Shown: piece by piece, positions 28,096-36,570 of the stretch
Layout: every line of letters starts with the position of its first letter
Numbering within the stretch: the stretch's first letter is position 1
Virus record (IMG/VR): IMGVR_UViG_3300045932_000268
Location: 1 to 63,947 of that record
From: a virus
Taxonomy: Duplodnaviria; Caudoviricetes
Length of the DNA: 63,947 nucleotides
Direction: 5' to 3' (one strand)
The notes under the pieces: generated by a model
Seen by the model: the letters and a program-made list of their open reading frames with translations, nothing else
Databases searched by the model: none
What the model was told of the DNA's origin: nothing
Translations under genes and position numbers: made by a program

Positions 28096-28128
28096 GGCAG
28101 CTCCTTCGCGCGGCCTCGCGGGCATCCG

Positions 28129-28737
28129 CTACTCGCCTGGCAGGGTCCGCACGACCTGGCGCGCGGTCCGGTCAAAGGAGGCCGGGCGCCCCGGCTCCGG
28201 CGGCCGATCATCGGGCAGCGCCGTCGCGTGATTGACAATCCCGACCTGAATCCCCTTCGCCGTCGGCAGATACCCGGTGGCCTGGAAGTGCATCTTCCGT
28301 TCGTCGGTCGCCTCCGCTTCGAGCGCCCGCTTCACCGACGCCTTCATCAGCTTCGGGTAGTGCATCGCCGCGATCGTCTTGCCCATCGCAATGTTGAAGT
28401 CGAACGCGCAGCGACTGACCATCCCGACAAAGTCGCGCGCCTGCATCTGGGCTTCCTGCAGCACCTCGGCGATGGCGACGTCGCCCCCGACCTCGTGGGA
28501 CAAGCGGCGGTGGACGGCGACAAAGTGCTGCGCCTCGGGATCGGTCGTCGACAACTGCAGCAAGCGCAACACGGCACGCATCCCCCCGGGAATCTGCCGT
28601 ACCGTCCACGCCAGCGGGTCCCCCTGAATCCCGCCGTAGGCCCGCACCAGTCCGCGGATGCTGACCGGCATCGTCTGCAGCGCCGGCTTCTCGTCGACCG
28701 GCTCTGCCGGCACGAGGGGCCGCACGTCGGTTACCAC
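28129..28737 (-). CDS. Hypothetical protein, candidate terminase small subunit
   Basis: About 200-aa helical protein two genes upstream of terL; positional evidence only. Confidence 0.4.
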   Translation of the reverse strand: MVTDVRPLVPAEPVDEKPALQTMPVSIRGLVRAYGGIQGDPLAWTVRQIPGGMRAVLRLLQLSTTDPEAQHFVAVHRRLSHEVGGDVAIAEVLQEAQMQARDFVGMVSRCAFDFNIAMGKTIAAMHYPKLMKASVKRALEAEATDERKMHFQATGYLPTAKGIQVGIVNHATALPDDRPPEPGRPASFDRTARQVVRTLPGE

Positions 28738-28922
28738 TGATCCCGGTGGTCGTCTTTTTCCCATTGCGCCAGGTCCTCCAGACGCGGCCGCGTCAAGGCC
28801 CGCTCGCCGGCGGGCGTCACCGTCGTGGGATCCGGCCGGGGCGGATAGACGCGCTCGGCGACCGTCGCCAGCCGATCGAGCGCCTGGGCGATCGCGCGGA
28901 GCGCCTCGGCCTCGTCGCTCAC
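28731..28922 (-). CDS. Hypothetical protein
   Basis: 63 aa, overlapping both neighbours. Confidence 0.55.
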   Translation of the reverse strand: MSDEAEALRAIAQALDRLATVAERVYPPRPDPTTVTPAGERALTRPRLEDLAQWEKDDHRDQW

Positions 28923-29071
28923 AGCCGCCGCTTCGCCCGCCGCTTGGCCGGCGCCCCGGAGGCGATCGCGCCGAAAAAGCGCCGCTGCTTCTCACTCAGC
29001 GGGTGCCCCTGCACCGTCTTATCCGAGAGGATCTGCCGGGCCTTGACCCGGCTCACCGGTCGTTTGGCCAT
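28919..29071 (-). CDS. Small basic peptide (50 aa)
   Basis: GAGGAGG SD; MAKRPVSRVKAR...KRRAKRRL. Confidence 0.6.
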   Translation of the reverse strand: MAKRPVSRVKARQILSDKTVQGHPLSEKQRRFFGAIASGAPAKRRAKRRL

Positions 29072-29108
29072 AGGCCCTCCTCGCGCAGCCCGATCCCGCT
29101 GCACACAC

Positions 29109-29618
29109 TCAGGTCGCGCACGCCGTGACCGTCGACAGCGCCGACGCCGGGAGCCGGCCGGTGGCCTGCGGGTGGAGCACCCGCACCGCCCAGCGGTGCG
29201 CGTGGGCGTCCGGCAGGCGAAACCCTAACGAGGTGCGTGTCCCATTTTCGCGAATGTCGTAGTACCGGCTGTCCTGCAGCGCCTGCAGATGCCGCTTCGC
29301 AAACAGGAAGACGGTGTCGTAATTGCCGATCACATAGAGCCACGTGTTGTCGTCCCGCCGGATGCCGGAGGCGACGTAGTTCCCGTCGCGGGGATGGGCC
29401 TTTTCGGCAATCTCAATCCACAGGTGCCCGGTGTCGGCGTACTTCTGATCCAACTTGATCTCGACGCCGGTGCGCGATTCCCCGACCGTGTGTTGATAGA
29501 GCCGGCTGCTGTAGGGCACGACGACGAGGCCGAGCGGGTACAGGAGATCCGCGATGAAGTCCTGATACTGCAGCCCCGCCTCCGTCGTGGCGACCCGATA
29601 GGCGGCGTAGTCCGTCAT
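29109..29618 (-). CDS. Putative PD-(D/E)XK endonuclease
   Basis: VEIKLD....TGHLWIE motif; overlaps the methylase stop. Confidence 0.6.
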   Translation of the reverse strand: MTDYAAYRVATTEAGLQYQDFIADLLYPLGLVVVPYSSRLYQHTVGESRTGVEIKLDQKYADTGHLWIEIAEKAHPRDGNYVASGIRRDDNTWLYVIGNYDTVFLFAKRHLQALQDSRYYDIRENGTRTSLGFRLPDAHAHRWAVRVLHPQATGRLPASALSTVTACAT

Positions 29619-30664
29619 GCGGACGCCTCGGCCACCTGATCGCCCCACGTCGCCCAGCCGTCCGCCGGCGCACGCGCAAACAGTTCCAGCCGCGGGCCGT
29701 CATAGAGCTGTTCGATCAAGGCGCGGAATTCCGGCGGCTTCTGGCTGTGGACCGGCGATCGCGGAATCGTCTGGACCGAATCTGGCATCGGCGTCGGCCG
29801 GTCCGGCAGACAGGACCCGCGCGTGCCGATCAACAGCAGCTCATGCCGGACGGAGACGTAATGCCCGAAGTTGTGCGCGACCTTGTCCCAGATGATCGAC
29901 GCCTTGTAGGTGAAGCCCCAGGCCTCGAACACCGGCCAGCATTCCGCCAGCAGCGGCGAGGTCACCCACAGGAACAGCACGGCATCGTCCCTCGCATGCG
30001 GCTGCACCGGCAGCGCGCACAGATCCGCGATGGACAGCGTGGCGTAATGCCGGTCCGCGCGCCCGTAGCCATCGGCGTCGTTGATGACGCCGTGGTTGTC
30101 GTACGCCCACGGCGGGTCGGCATAGATCACGCGGTACTGCCCGGCGATCGGCGCCGGGGCCTGCACGGGGCGCCGCTTGAGCTGCCGGTCCCCTTCGCGC
30201 AACAGATGCACGGTGACCCGTTCGTGTTCTTCGAGCACGCGCACGCGCCATTCGTCCACGATCTGTTCAAATGCCGGCGCCGGGATGGCCGCCAGCTTCC
30301 GCGCCCGGTCCGCCAGATGCTTGTCGATGTCGGCTTCAGTCAGTGTGGCCATAGAAACTGGGTCCACATCGGACCCGGTTTTCTTCGGTCGTCCGCCTTT
30401 TGCGAGGCCGATCCTGTCCCGCTGCGCCGCGATCAGTTCCCCGACGCGCCGTTCCGCCCGGAACCGGATCTCCGCCGCATCGACCTCGAGCTCGCGGTTC
30501 TTCGCCGACTTCGCCCACGCCCGCCAGGCGTCCGCGTGGGCCGCCGCCGCGCGCGCGCCGCCGACGGTGGACACGGTCACGAGGTCCCGCCGCAGCCGCG
30601 TGATCGCCTGACACGCCGCCGCATAGTGCGCGAGCGCCCGTGGCAGCAGGTCAGGCCGCGGCAT
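29615..30664 (-). CDS. MT-A70-family N6-adenine methyltransferase with N-terminal helical domain
   Basis: VIYADPPW, LFLWVT, WGFTY, HELLLIG, HSQKP, RLELFAR, WGDQ. Confidence 0.92.
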   Translation of the reverse strand: MPRPDLLPRALAHYAAACQAITRLRRDLVTVSTVGGARAAAAHADAWRAWAKSAKNRELEVDAAEIRFRAERRVGELIAAQRDRIGLAKGGRPKKTGSDVDPVSMATLTEADIDKHLADRARKLAAIPAPAFEQIVDEWRVRVLEEHERVTVHLLREGDRQLKRRPVQAPAPIAGQYRVIYADPPWAYDNHGVINDADGYGRADRHYATLSIADLCALPVQPHARDDAVLFLWVTSPLLAECWPVFEAWGFTYKASIIWDKVAHNFGHYVSVRHELLLIGTRGSCLPDRPTPMPDSVQTIPRSPVHSQKPPEFRALIEQLYDGPRLELFARAPADGWATWGDQVAEASA

Positions 30665-31485
30665 CAGAAACTCCCGGCCGGCAAATCGACAATCCCGCCG
30701 GCCGTCTGCTGCATCTGCGGCACCGGCAACCCCGCCTCCCGCCGCACCGCATCGGGCGGCCCCACCCCGCCCTCCGTCAACGGCGGATGCGCCATGCCGT
30801 AGGTGGCGACCCGCGTCGCGGCCTCCGCCGTCTGCACCACCCCGACCGAGGAGCCGCTCCCGTAACTGTCAGCCAGCCCCGCCCCCGGCGACGGCCGCGC
30901 GCCACCGGTAATCGGCAAGCCCGTCCCGGTGTGCATCGCCACATCGGGGTGCTGCGCCGCCGGCGGCAGCGCCCCCTCCGGCTCGACCACCGCGGCGGGC
31001 GGCCGCGCCCCCTGCGTCTCCAGTACCCGCGTGATCAGCGCCTCCAACCGTCCGAGTCGGTCTTCCACCGCCGCCGGGAGGGATACCGCCGCACGGGGTC
31101 GCTCCACCGCCGCTGGCCCCAGGGCCGAGCCGCGAAACGGTTCCGCGGGACGCACGACCTCCGGCGGCCGCCCCAGCCCCCGCGGATCCGCCAGCACGAC
31201 GTCCCCGCGCGCCGCCCCCAGATCCGTCCCGCCCGCCAGCGTCACCCGCCCCGCCGTCTCGACCTTGAGCGGCCCCTCCGTCGTCGGCCCGACCACCCCA
31301 CTCGGCGGATGCGCCTGCAGCTCCAAGCTCCAGGCCCACGTCACGACGGGAAAGACGAGATGCCCCGCCAGCCGCGTGTCCCCGTCCAGCTTCTGCTGCA
31401 CCTCCTGCAGAATCCGCGTCCGAATCTCCGCCCCGTTCAACCCGTGAAAGGCCCGCGTCGTCGGCGGCACCCCCGGCATCGTCAT
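30664..31485 (-). CDS. Hypothetical protein
   Basis: 273 aa, coupled to both neighbours. Confidence 0.65.
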   Translation of the reverse strand: MTMPGVPPTTRAFHGLNGAEIRTRILQEVQQKLDGDTRLAGHLVFPVVTWAWSLELQAHPPSGVVGPTTEGPLKVETAGRVTLAGGTDLGAARGDVVLADPRGLGRPPEVVRPAEPFRGSALGPAAVERPRAAVSLPAAVEDRLGRLEALITRVLETQGARPPAAVVEPEGALPPAAQHPDVAMHTGTGLPITGGARPSPGAGLADSYGSGSSVGVVQTAEAATRVATYGMAHPPLTEGGVGPPDAVRREAGLPVPQMQQTAGGIVDLPAGSF

Positions 31486-32114
31486 CGTGTCCTCCGTCTC
31501 GTCGCCGCCTTCACCGGCGGTTGGTTGAACGCGTCATACCCATGGATGGGCTGCGGCGGCGTCACATCCCCGACCCGCCGCCGATACAACTCCTCGGTGT
31601 AGTCCCGGTCGACCGCGTAGGCCTCGTCCTCCATCGCCCGGTGCAGCCGGGGATCGAGCGTCTGCCAGAACGTCCAGCCCGCCTCGCCCATCCGCCGATA
31701 CTGATCCTGATGCTGCGCCTCGTGCCGCAAGGTCTCGTCGAACGCATACGACGGCGGATGAAGCGCCAGACTGTCCTCCATCATCGCGTCGTGCTGCAGC
31801 GGATCGACCACCACGGTGCCCCGCGGGTACTCCAGCGAGGTTTGCCCCAAGACGTCCGGCTGCAACGTCCGCAGCAGAATCTGCCGCAGCAACGCCGCCT
31901 CCCGCGGCGCATACTTCAACAACCGCTGATACGCCCGATCCACCCCCGGATGCCCCGCCACCACCGGCACGTCGAGCCGCGGCGACGCCGGCAACCGCGG
32001 CTGCCCCGCCAACAGCAAAATCAACTGCCCGAGCCACCCCTGCAACGCCGGCCCCGCCGCCGGCGCCCCCCCCGCCGCCTTGGCCAACGCCCCCGCCGCC
32101 GCCCCGGTCGCCAC
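31482..32114 (-). CDS. HExxH zincin-like protein
   Basis: TLRHEAQHQDQY...MEDEAY. Confidence 0.55.
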   Translation of the reverse strand: MATGAAAGALAKAAGGAPAAGPALQGWLGQLILLLAGQPRLPASPRLDVPVVAGHPGVDRAYQRLLKYAPREAALLRQILLRTLQPDVLGQTSLEYPRGTVVVDPLQHDAMMEDSLALHPPSYAFDETLRHEAQHQDQYRRMGEAGWTFWQTLDPRLHRAMEDEAYAVDRDYTEELYRRRVGDVTPPQPIHGYDAFNQPPVKAATRRRTR

Positions 32115-32118
32115 CGCC

Positions 32119-32331
32119 CTACCCCCGCCCCCCCACCGCGACCGCCCGCTCCTCCCCCTCCGCCGCCTCCTCCTCCGTCCCCCGCGCCGCGGCCGACACC
32201 GCCGCCTGCCGCCGCACCGCCCACCCCACCCAGGTCTGCAACGTCACCCCCTCCTGCGCCGCACACACCTTCGCCACCCGCCAATCCCCCTCCCGCATCC
32301 GCACCGGCCGCGTCGTCTGCGCCCTCGTCAC
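32119..32331 (-). CDS. Putative RHH DNA-binding protein, first gene of the late operon
   Basis: RPVRM....WRVAKVCAAQEGVTLQTWV..AV pattern. Confidence 0.45.
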   Translation of the reverse strand: MTRAQTTRPVRMREGDWRVAKVCAAQEGVTLQTWVGWAVRRQAAVSAAARGTEEEAAEGEERAVAVGGRG

Positions 32332-32375
32332 CCCCCCGCCCCCCTTCCCTGCCGCTACTTCGCTACCGGCCCCAG

Positions 32376-32405
32376 ACCCTACCCCCAACCCTGCCGCACT
32401 GTCAA
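32376..32405 (-). promoter_or_regulatory. Putative leftward promoter
   Basis: TTGACA-18 bp-TAGGGT on the minus strand. Confidence 0.5.
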
Positions 32406-32565
32406 ACCCCTCGTCTCCCGCCGTCTCCCCCGTCCGGCCCACTGACCGCCCGCGGCCGCCCGAGACCTCCCCCCTCCGCCCACAGGACAAAACTTGCGGT
32501 TTCCGTCTATGGACGCCACGCCCCAGGTGTGCTAGGCCCCCCCCCGCACGCCGTATACTCCCCCC

Positions 32566-32826
32566 ATGACCGTCTCCGACCTCCTCGCCGAACTCCAGCG
32601 CCTCGTCGCCGCCGGCTACGGCACCCGCCTCGTCCGCATGGGTGACCCCACCACCTCCGACTACGCCGAAGTCACCGGCCTCTGGATCCCCACCGACGAA
32701 CCCGTCATCGACCTCGAAGCCGCTGAGTGGACCCCCGCCCCAGACGCCCGCCTCCCGCCTCGTCGTAGCCCCCCCCGCCTCCGACGCCCCGCCCCGTCCC
32801 AAAGAGCCAGACCACCCACCCCGTAG
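32566..32826 (+). CDS. Hypothetical protein (probably leaderless)
   Basis: MTVSDLLAELQ; TATACT at 32554-32559. Confidence 0.55.
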   Translation: MTVSDLLAELQRLVAAGYGTRLVRMGDPTTSDYAEVTGLWIPTDEPVIDLEAAEWTPAPDARLPPRRSPPRLRRPAPSQRARPPTP

Positions 32827-32994
32827 GCTCCCGTGAGGCTCGGTGCTCCCCCCAGGCCCGGGAACCGCCGGGCCCACACCCCCACCCCACAAAAAACACC
32901 CACCAAAAAAAGACGGGTCCGGTCAAGCGCCTGCGCTCGCCGCGGGGGGCGGACCCCGTGACAATGCCGGCCTACTCGGTCGCCTTGGCCACGG

Positions 32995-33078
32995 CTCGAG
33001 CTCGGCACTCGAGCTCGTTGCGCGGTCTCGAGCTCGTTGCGGGGGGGACTCGAGCTCGTTGCGCTCGAGCTCGTTGCG
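32995..33078. repeat. Five copies of CTCGAGCTCG(TTGCG)
   Basis: Copies start at 32995, 33008, 33027, 33049 and 33064. Confidence 0.9.
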
Positions 33079-33136
33079 GACCGTGGGCCCGTGTCGCCCG
33101 GCGGCCGCCTAATCCTGCCGTGCGACACAGTCAGAC

Positions 33137-33164
33137 TTGACTTTCCCGCAACATACCGTATACT
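33137..33164 (+). promoter_or_regulatory. Early promoter
   Basis: TTGACT-16 bp-TATACT. Confidence 0.7.
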
Positions 33165-33399
33165 TCACCATATGCGTATCCCTCCCGCGGCCGCGGCGCG
33201 TTCACTGCTCCAATCTGCGGATTTGCTCATGAATGTTCGTGCGGGTGCGCAACCGTCCGCGTTCGAGCTCGGCTCCCGCGTGGGTGAGCTCGATTTATCG
33301 CGCCCGTGCCTGGCGAGACCGGCCACGGGCCCAAACGAGCTCGATTCGGACTCTCTCTCTCGATAGTTCGGTCTCTAGCGTCTCTTGCGAGGTAACCCT

Positions 33400-33846
33400 A
33401 TGTCACTAGTAACAGTTGAGCTTTCGCAGGATCCCGTGCTAAAGCGGGTCGTACTTGCCGCATTTCCCAACTACCGCAAACGCCGGGCGTTTGTGTCCCC
33501 GTTCGGCGACCGTGGCCAGAGCATTAACAGCTATTGGGACGGTGGATCGCGCGATGTGCACGCGATCGTGGAGCTGTCCACCTTGCGGCAGAAAAGCCTC
33601 CCGACGTCGACACATCCGTACTTTGACGTCGCGCGACAGGGCTTAGCGAACGTCGCCGATCCCTACGTCACGATCGATCGGGTCGGCAACGTGACACTCC
33701 GCGCCATACCGCCGGGTTTTGTGCTCGTAACGGCGGGTACGTTCTGCGGGAAACCGGCGACCGCCCACCTACATTTTCATCCGGCCGATCTGCCGCGGTA
33801 TCTGCCGGCGGCCGCGGACCGTCCCGCGTTGACGTCGGGCCAGTAA
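33400..33846 (+). CDS. Early hypothetical protein
   Basis: GAGG SD; NSYWDGGSR and GTFCGK motifs. Confidence 0.7.
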   Translation: MSLVTVELSQDPVLKRVVLAAFPNYRKRRAFVSPFGDRGQSINSYWDGGSRDVHAIVELSTLRQKSLPTSTHPYFDVARQGLANVADPYVTIDRVGNVTLRAIPPGFVLVTAGTFCGKPATAHLHFHPADLPRYLPAAADRPALTSGQ

Positions 33847-33916
33847 CACGCGGACTCGAGCTCGGTTGCCCGCAATGGGTGCCGAGCTCGTTTCCCTTTT
33901 CCTAATGGAGCTCCCT

Positions 33917-34132
33917 ATGCGCGGATTACTGGCGGATGTGAAAGCCCGTGGTTTTGACCGATCGCGACTCTATAACTCCCGGTCGGTTACGGTTGCCTGC
34001 AGTCAATGCGAAGCGATCGTCATTTGTGGCGTTCCCACGCATGAGACCGGCTGCCCGAATGCTCTTCATGAGTGCCACGGTTGCAACGCGTTGATCCCGG
34101 TCCGGCAACGGTACTGTGGGGAATGTGAGTAA
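33917..34132 (+). CDS. Cys-rich Zn-binding protein
   Basis: CSQC...HETGCP...CHGC...CGEC. Confidence 0.65.
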   Translation: MRGLLADVKARGFDRSRLYNSRSVTVACSQCEAIVICGVPTHETGCPNALHECHGCNALIPVRQRYCGECE

Positions 34133-34328
34133 CCGTATGCGGTCCCGACGTCGCATCAACGAATACCTCATTCCCGATCGGCATTTCATCGCGACTGTGA
34201 CGTTCGCGGACGGTCGCAAGATTACCGCGAGCTTGTACGGTCGCAACTGCAGCGAAGCGGAGCTCCGCTATTCCCGGGAACATCCGGACGTGCGATCGAT
34301 CGTTGTCCATCAAGAGTGCTGGCGCTAG
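34125..34328 (+). CDS. Early hypothetical protein
   Basis: Overlaps the upstream stop. Confidence 0.45.
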   Translation: MSNRMRSRRRINEYLIPDRHFIATVTFADGRKITASLYGRNCSEAELRYSREHPDVRSIVVHQECWR

Positions 34329-34353
34329 ACCGTTTTGCCTTAGGGGACACCTA

Positions 34354-34698
34354 ATGACGAAAGCACAGGAAACCGCATTATTGGCCCGAACGATTGAAAC
34401 GTTCGGGCCGAGCTCATACCTGGGCCCGTGGCTCGCTGAATACCGGGCCGAGCTCGAGACCACGATCGCGCAAGACTTGCCACCGGCCGCCATGTTACCC
34501 GCGGCCGCCTATGCCGAGGCCCGGGCCATCCTCGAGACCGCCCGGCAGGATGCCGAGCGGATCCGGACCGAAGCACGAACCGCGGCCGCGGCCGAGCTCG
34601 AGCGCGCACGGGTGGAAGCACGCCGCTTGATTGATGAGACGTTCGCCACGATCGGCCGTGCCCAATCGACACTCGAGCGGTTACTAGACCATATGTGA
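34354..34698 (+). CDS. Coiled-coil hypothetical protein
   Basis: MTKAQE...SYLGPWL; Ala/Glu/Arg heptads. Confidence 0.65.
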   Translation: MTKAQETALLARTIETFGPSSYLGPWLAEYRAELETTIAQDLPPAAMLPAAAYAEARAILETARQDAERIRTEARTAAAAELERARVEARRLIDETFATIGRAQSTLERLLDHM

Positions 34699-34727
34699 AT
34701 CTGCCGCACGTGTGCGACGTTCGCCCG

Positions 34728-34759
34728 ACGGCGCCCAACTCCATGGGCGCCGTTTTTTT
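34728..34759 (+). terminator. Rho-independent terminator
   Basis: ACGGCGCCCA-loop-TGGGCGCCGT followed by a T run. Confidence 0.8.
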
Positions 34760-34780
34760 GGCGTAACGTCTCTTTTGCTC

Positions 34781-34807
34781 TTGCGTTCCCACACTATACC
34801 GTATACT
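34781..34807 (+). promoter_or_regulatory. Early promoter (paralog of 33137-33164)
   Basis: TTCCCACACTATACCGTATACT matches 33143-33164 at 19/22 positions. Confidence 0.65.
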
Positions 34808-34840
34808 GTTACATATACGTTTTGACTTGGAGCATACCCT

Positions 34841-35182
34841 ATGCAGATCCGCATTGCCCCCACGATCGATCATGCGAGCAATCCGCCCGGCAAATTGGCG
34901 GACGCTGAGCTTTGGTTTACGGACGGTCCGTTAGCTGGACTCAAGTTAATCGGCTTTTCTGTTTGGGAACGTCGCACAGGGAACGGCCGAAATGTGACGT
35001 TTCCCGCTCGGCAGTATGCCGTGAATGGTGAGCGGCGAACCTTCGCGTTACTGCGCCCGAACGGGACCACCGGCGACGTCGACGGACAGGATCGGGTACG
35101 CGCGTTGATCTTGGAAGCCTTCGACGCGTTCGAAGCCTACACGGGACCGGTCAACGGTCCGTTTGCATACGCGATCGCGTAA
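34841..35182 (+). CDS. SpoVG-like nucleic-acid-binding protein
   Basis: KLADAEL.F....GLKLIGFSVWE....RNVTFPARQY pattern. Confidence 0.6.
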   Translation: MQIRIAPTIDHASNPPGKLADAELWFTDGPLAGLKLIGFSVWERRTGNGRNVTFPARQYAVNGERRTFALLRPNGTTGDVDGQDRVRALILEAFDAFEAYTGPVNGPFAYAIA

Positions 35183-35265
35183 GTGTCCGCCCGTGTCCAG
35201 GATGCCAGCCCGGACACGGGCGTAACCTCTAACCCGGCCGTTACCCACGATTCGAGGTTTACCCT

Positions 35266-36006
35266 ATGTTACTCAAACGTGAGCTCTTGTCGACGGTCCG
35301 CCCGGCCGTAACCGATGCGGACACGCGGTATACCCTCAGCTCGATTCAAATTAACCCGAATGGCGCCGTGGTCGCCACAAACGGGCACATTCTGATCAAG
35401 GCAACCGAGCTCCACCCGATCCCGAACGCTGATTTTCCCGTTGTCCCGGGCGTTCCGGAGTGCGTAACCGACCCGACGGCGCCGATCCTTCTGCCGGCGG
35501 ACCTTGCCGATCGGCTGATCAAGGCCATGCCGAAACGGTCTAGCCTGCCTGCGCTGTATACGGTGTCCGTTACCGTTAACGGCGACGGGAGCGCGTATGC
35601 GGCCGCCACCGATCTTCAGGCGCCCACGGTGGCGAAATTGACGCCGGAAGAGGGGCAAACCTTCCCCGCGTACGATCGCGTGTTTCCGGACAAGGATCGC
35701 CCGGTCGTTTCGATCCTCCTCGGGATCCCCGTGCTGGAAGTACTGATCAAGAGCGCCAAAGCTGCCGGCGCGAAAGGGATCAAGCTGGCTCTGCCGACCC
35801 AGGCGAAGTATCAGGAAACGGACACTGACGGGAAGGATCACGCGTTTAACCCGGTCGACTACCGCGATCGGGATCATTGCAACGTGTGCGGCGAATCGCG
35901 CAAGGCGCACGAACGCCCAACCGGTCTGATCTCGAGCCAGATCACGGCGACCTATCGCGGATCGGACGTCGACGCGATCGCGGTAGTAATGCCGATGCGC
36001 GAGTAA
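35266..36006 (+). CDS. Beta-clamp (DnaN)-like protein, partial
   Basis: RYTLSSI....VATNGHIL and EGQTFPAYDRVFP resemble DnaN middle-domain motifs. Confidence 0.6.
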   Translation: MLLKRELLSTVRPAVTDADTRYTLSSIQINPNGAVVATNGHILIKATELHPIPNADFPVVPGVPECVTDPTAPILLPADLADRLIKAMPKRSSLPALYTVSVTVNGDGSAYAAATDLQAPTVAKLTPEEGQTFPAYDRVFPDKDRPVVSILLGIPVLEVLIKSAKAAGAKGIKLALPTQAKYQETDTDGKDHAFNPVDYRDRDHCNVCGESRKAHERPTGLISSQITATYRGSDVDAIAVVMPMRE

Positions 36007-36086
36007 TCCCCCCCCGCGGGCCGAGCTCGAGACGTCGTCGCCCGGACGTCTCGAGACGCCCCGCCCATCCTGGAGCGCAAAAAGCC

Positions 36087-36338
36087 ATGCATGAGTTAAC
36101 GGTAATCGCCTTGCGCGATCTACTGCTCCGCGCCGCGGCCGAGCTCGCCACACATCCGCAAGCCGGCATGTCGTGGTGTCGATCGCTTCGGGCCGAGCTC
36201 GAAGCGGCCGCCGATCTGGCAAATGCCGTGATCCACGCGTCGCACATGGGAACCGCGGCGCACGAGCCGATCTTGATGTCGCCTGGTGTCGTCGACAACT
36301 CGCCTTCTGTCGTCGACAACTCGCTTGACATTACATAA
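36087..36338 (+). CDS. Early hypothetical protein
   Basis: Start MHELTV; GGAG upstream. Confidence 0.45.
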   Translation: MHELTVIALRDLLLRAAAELATHPQAGMSWCRSLRAELEAAADLANAVIHASHMGTAAHEPILMSPGVVDNSPSVVDNSLDIT

Positions 36339-36364
36339 TGCCTGGTATTATGATTGGCATTATG
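36287..36364 (+). promoter_or_regulatory. Promoter with upstream 17-bp tandem repeat and an operator-like inverted repeat
   Basis: TGTCGTCGACAACTCGC x2 (21-bp period) abuts TTGACA; CATAATGCC/GGCATTATG flank the -10. Confidence 0.65.
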
Positions 36365-36535
36365 AACGAACGAGACAGGCAGACCGGACGCTATACGGAC
36401 ACCCGCTTAACGAAACTGTGTGTCTGTGGCCATGCGCTCGGCCAGCACACAGCAGACAAACAAGGGCCGGTCCAGCCGTGCTTAGCGCCAGAGTGCGAGT
36501 GCGAATGCTTCACGACGCCCAAGAAACGAGCCTAG
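36362..36535 (+). CDS. Small Zn-binding protein
   Basis: CVCGH....H...C....CECECF. Confidence 0.6.
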   Translation: MNERDRQTGRYTDTRLTKLCVCGHALGQHTADKQGPVQPCLAPECECECFTTPKKRA

Positions 36536-36570
36536 TAAATCCCACCCGAACCCCCACGAGGATCCCGATC

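Noticed and set aside
31521-32645. Pro-rich 374-aa plus-strand ORF
   Set aside because: A by-product of the C-rich skew; the minus-strand genes explain the region.
32995-33078. Mini-CRISPR array
   Set aside because: Repeats are only 10-15 bp with 0-7 bp spacers, and there is no cas operon.
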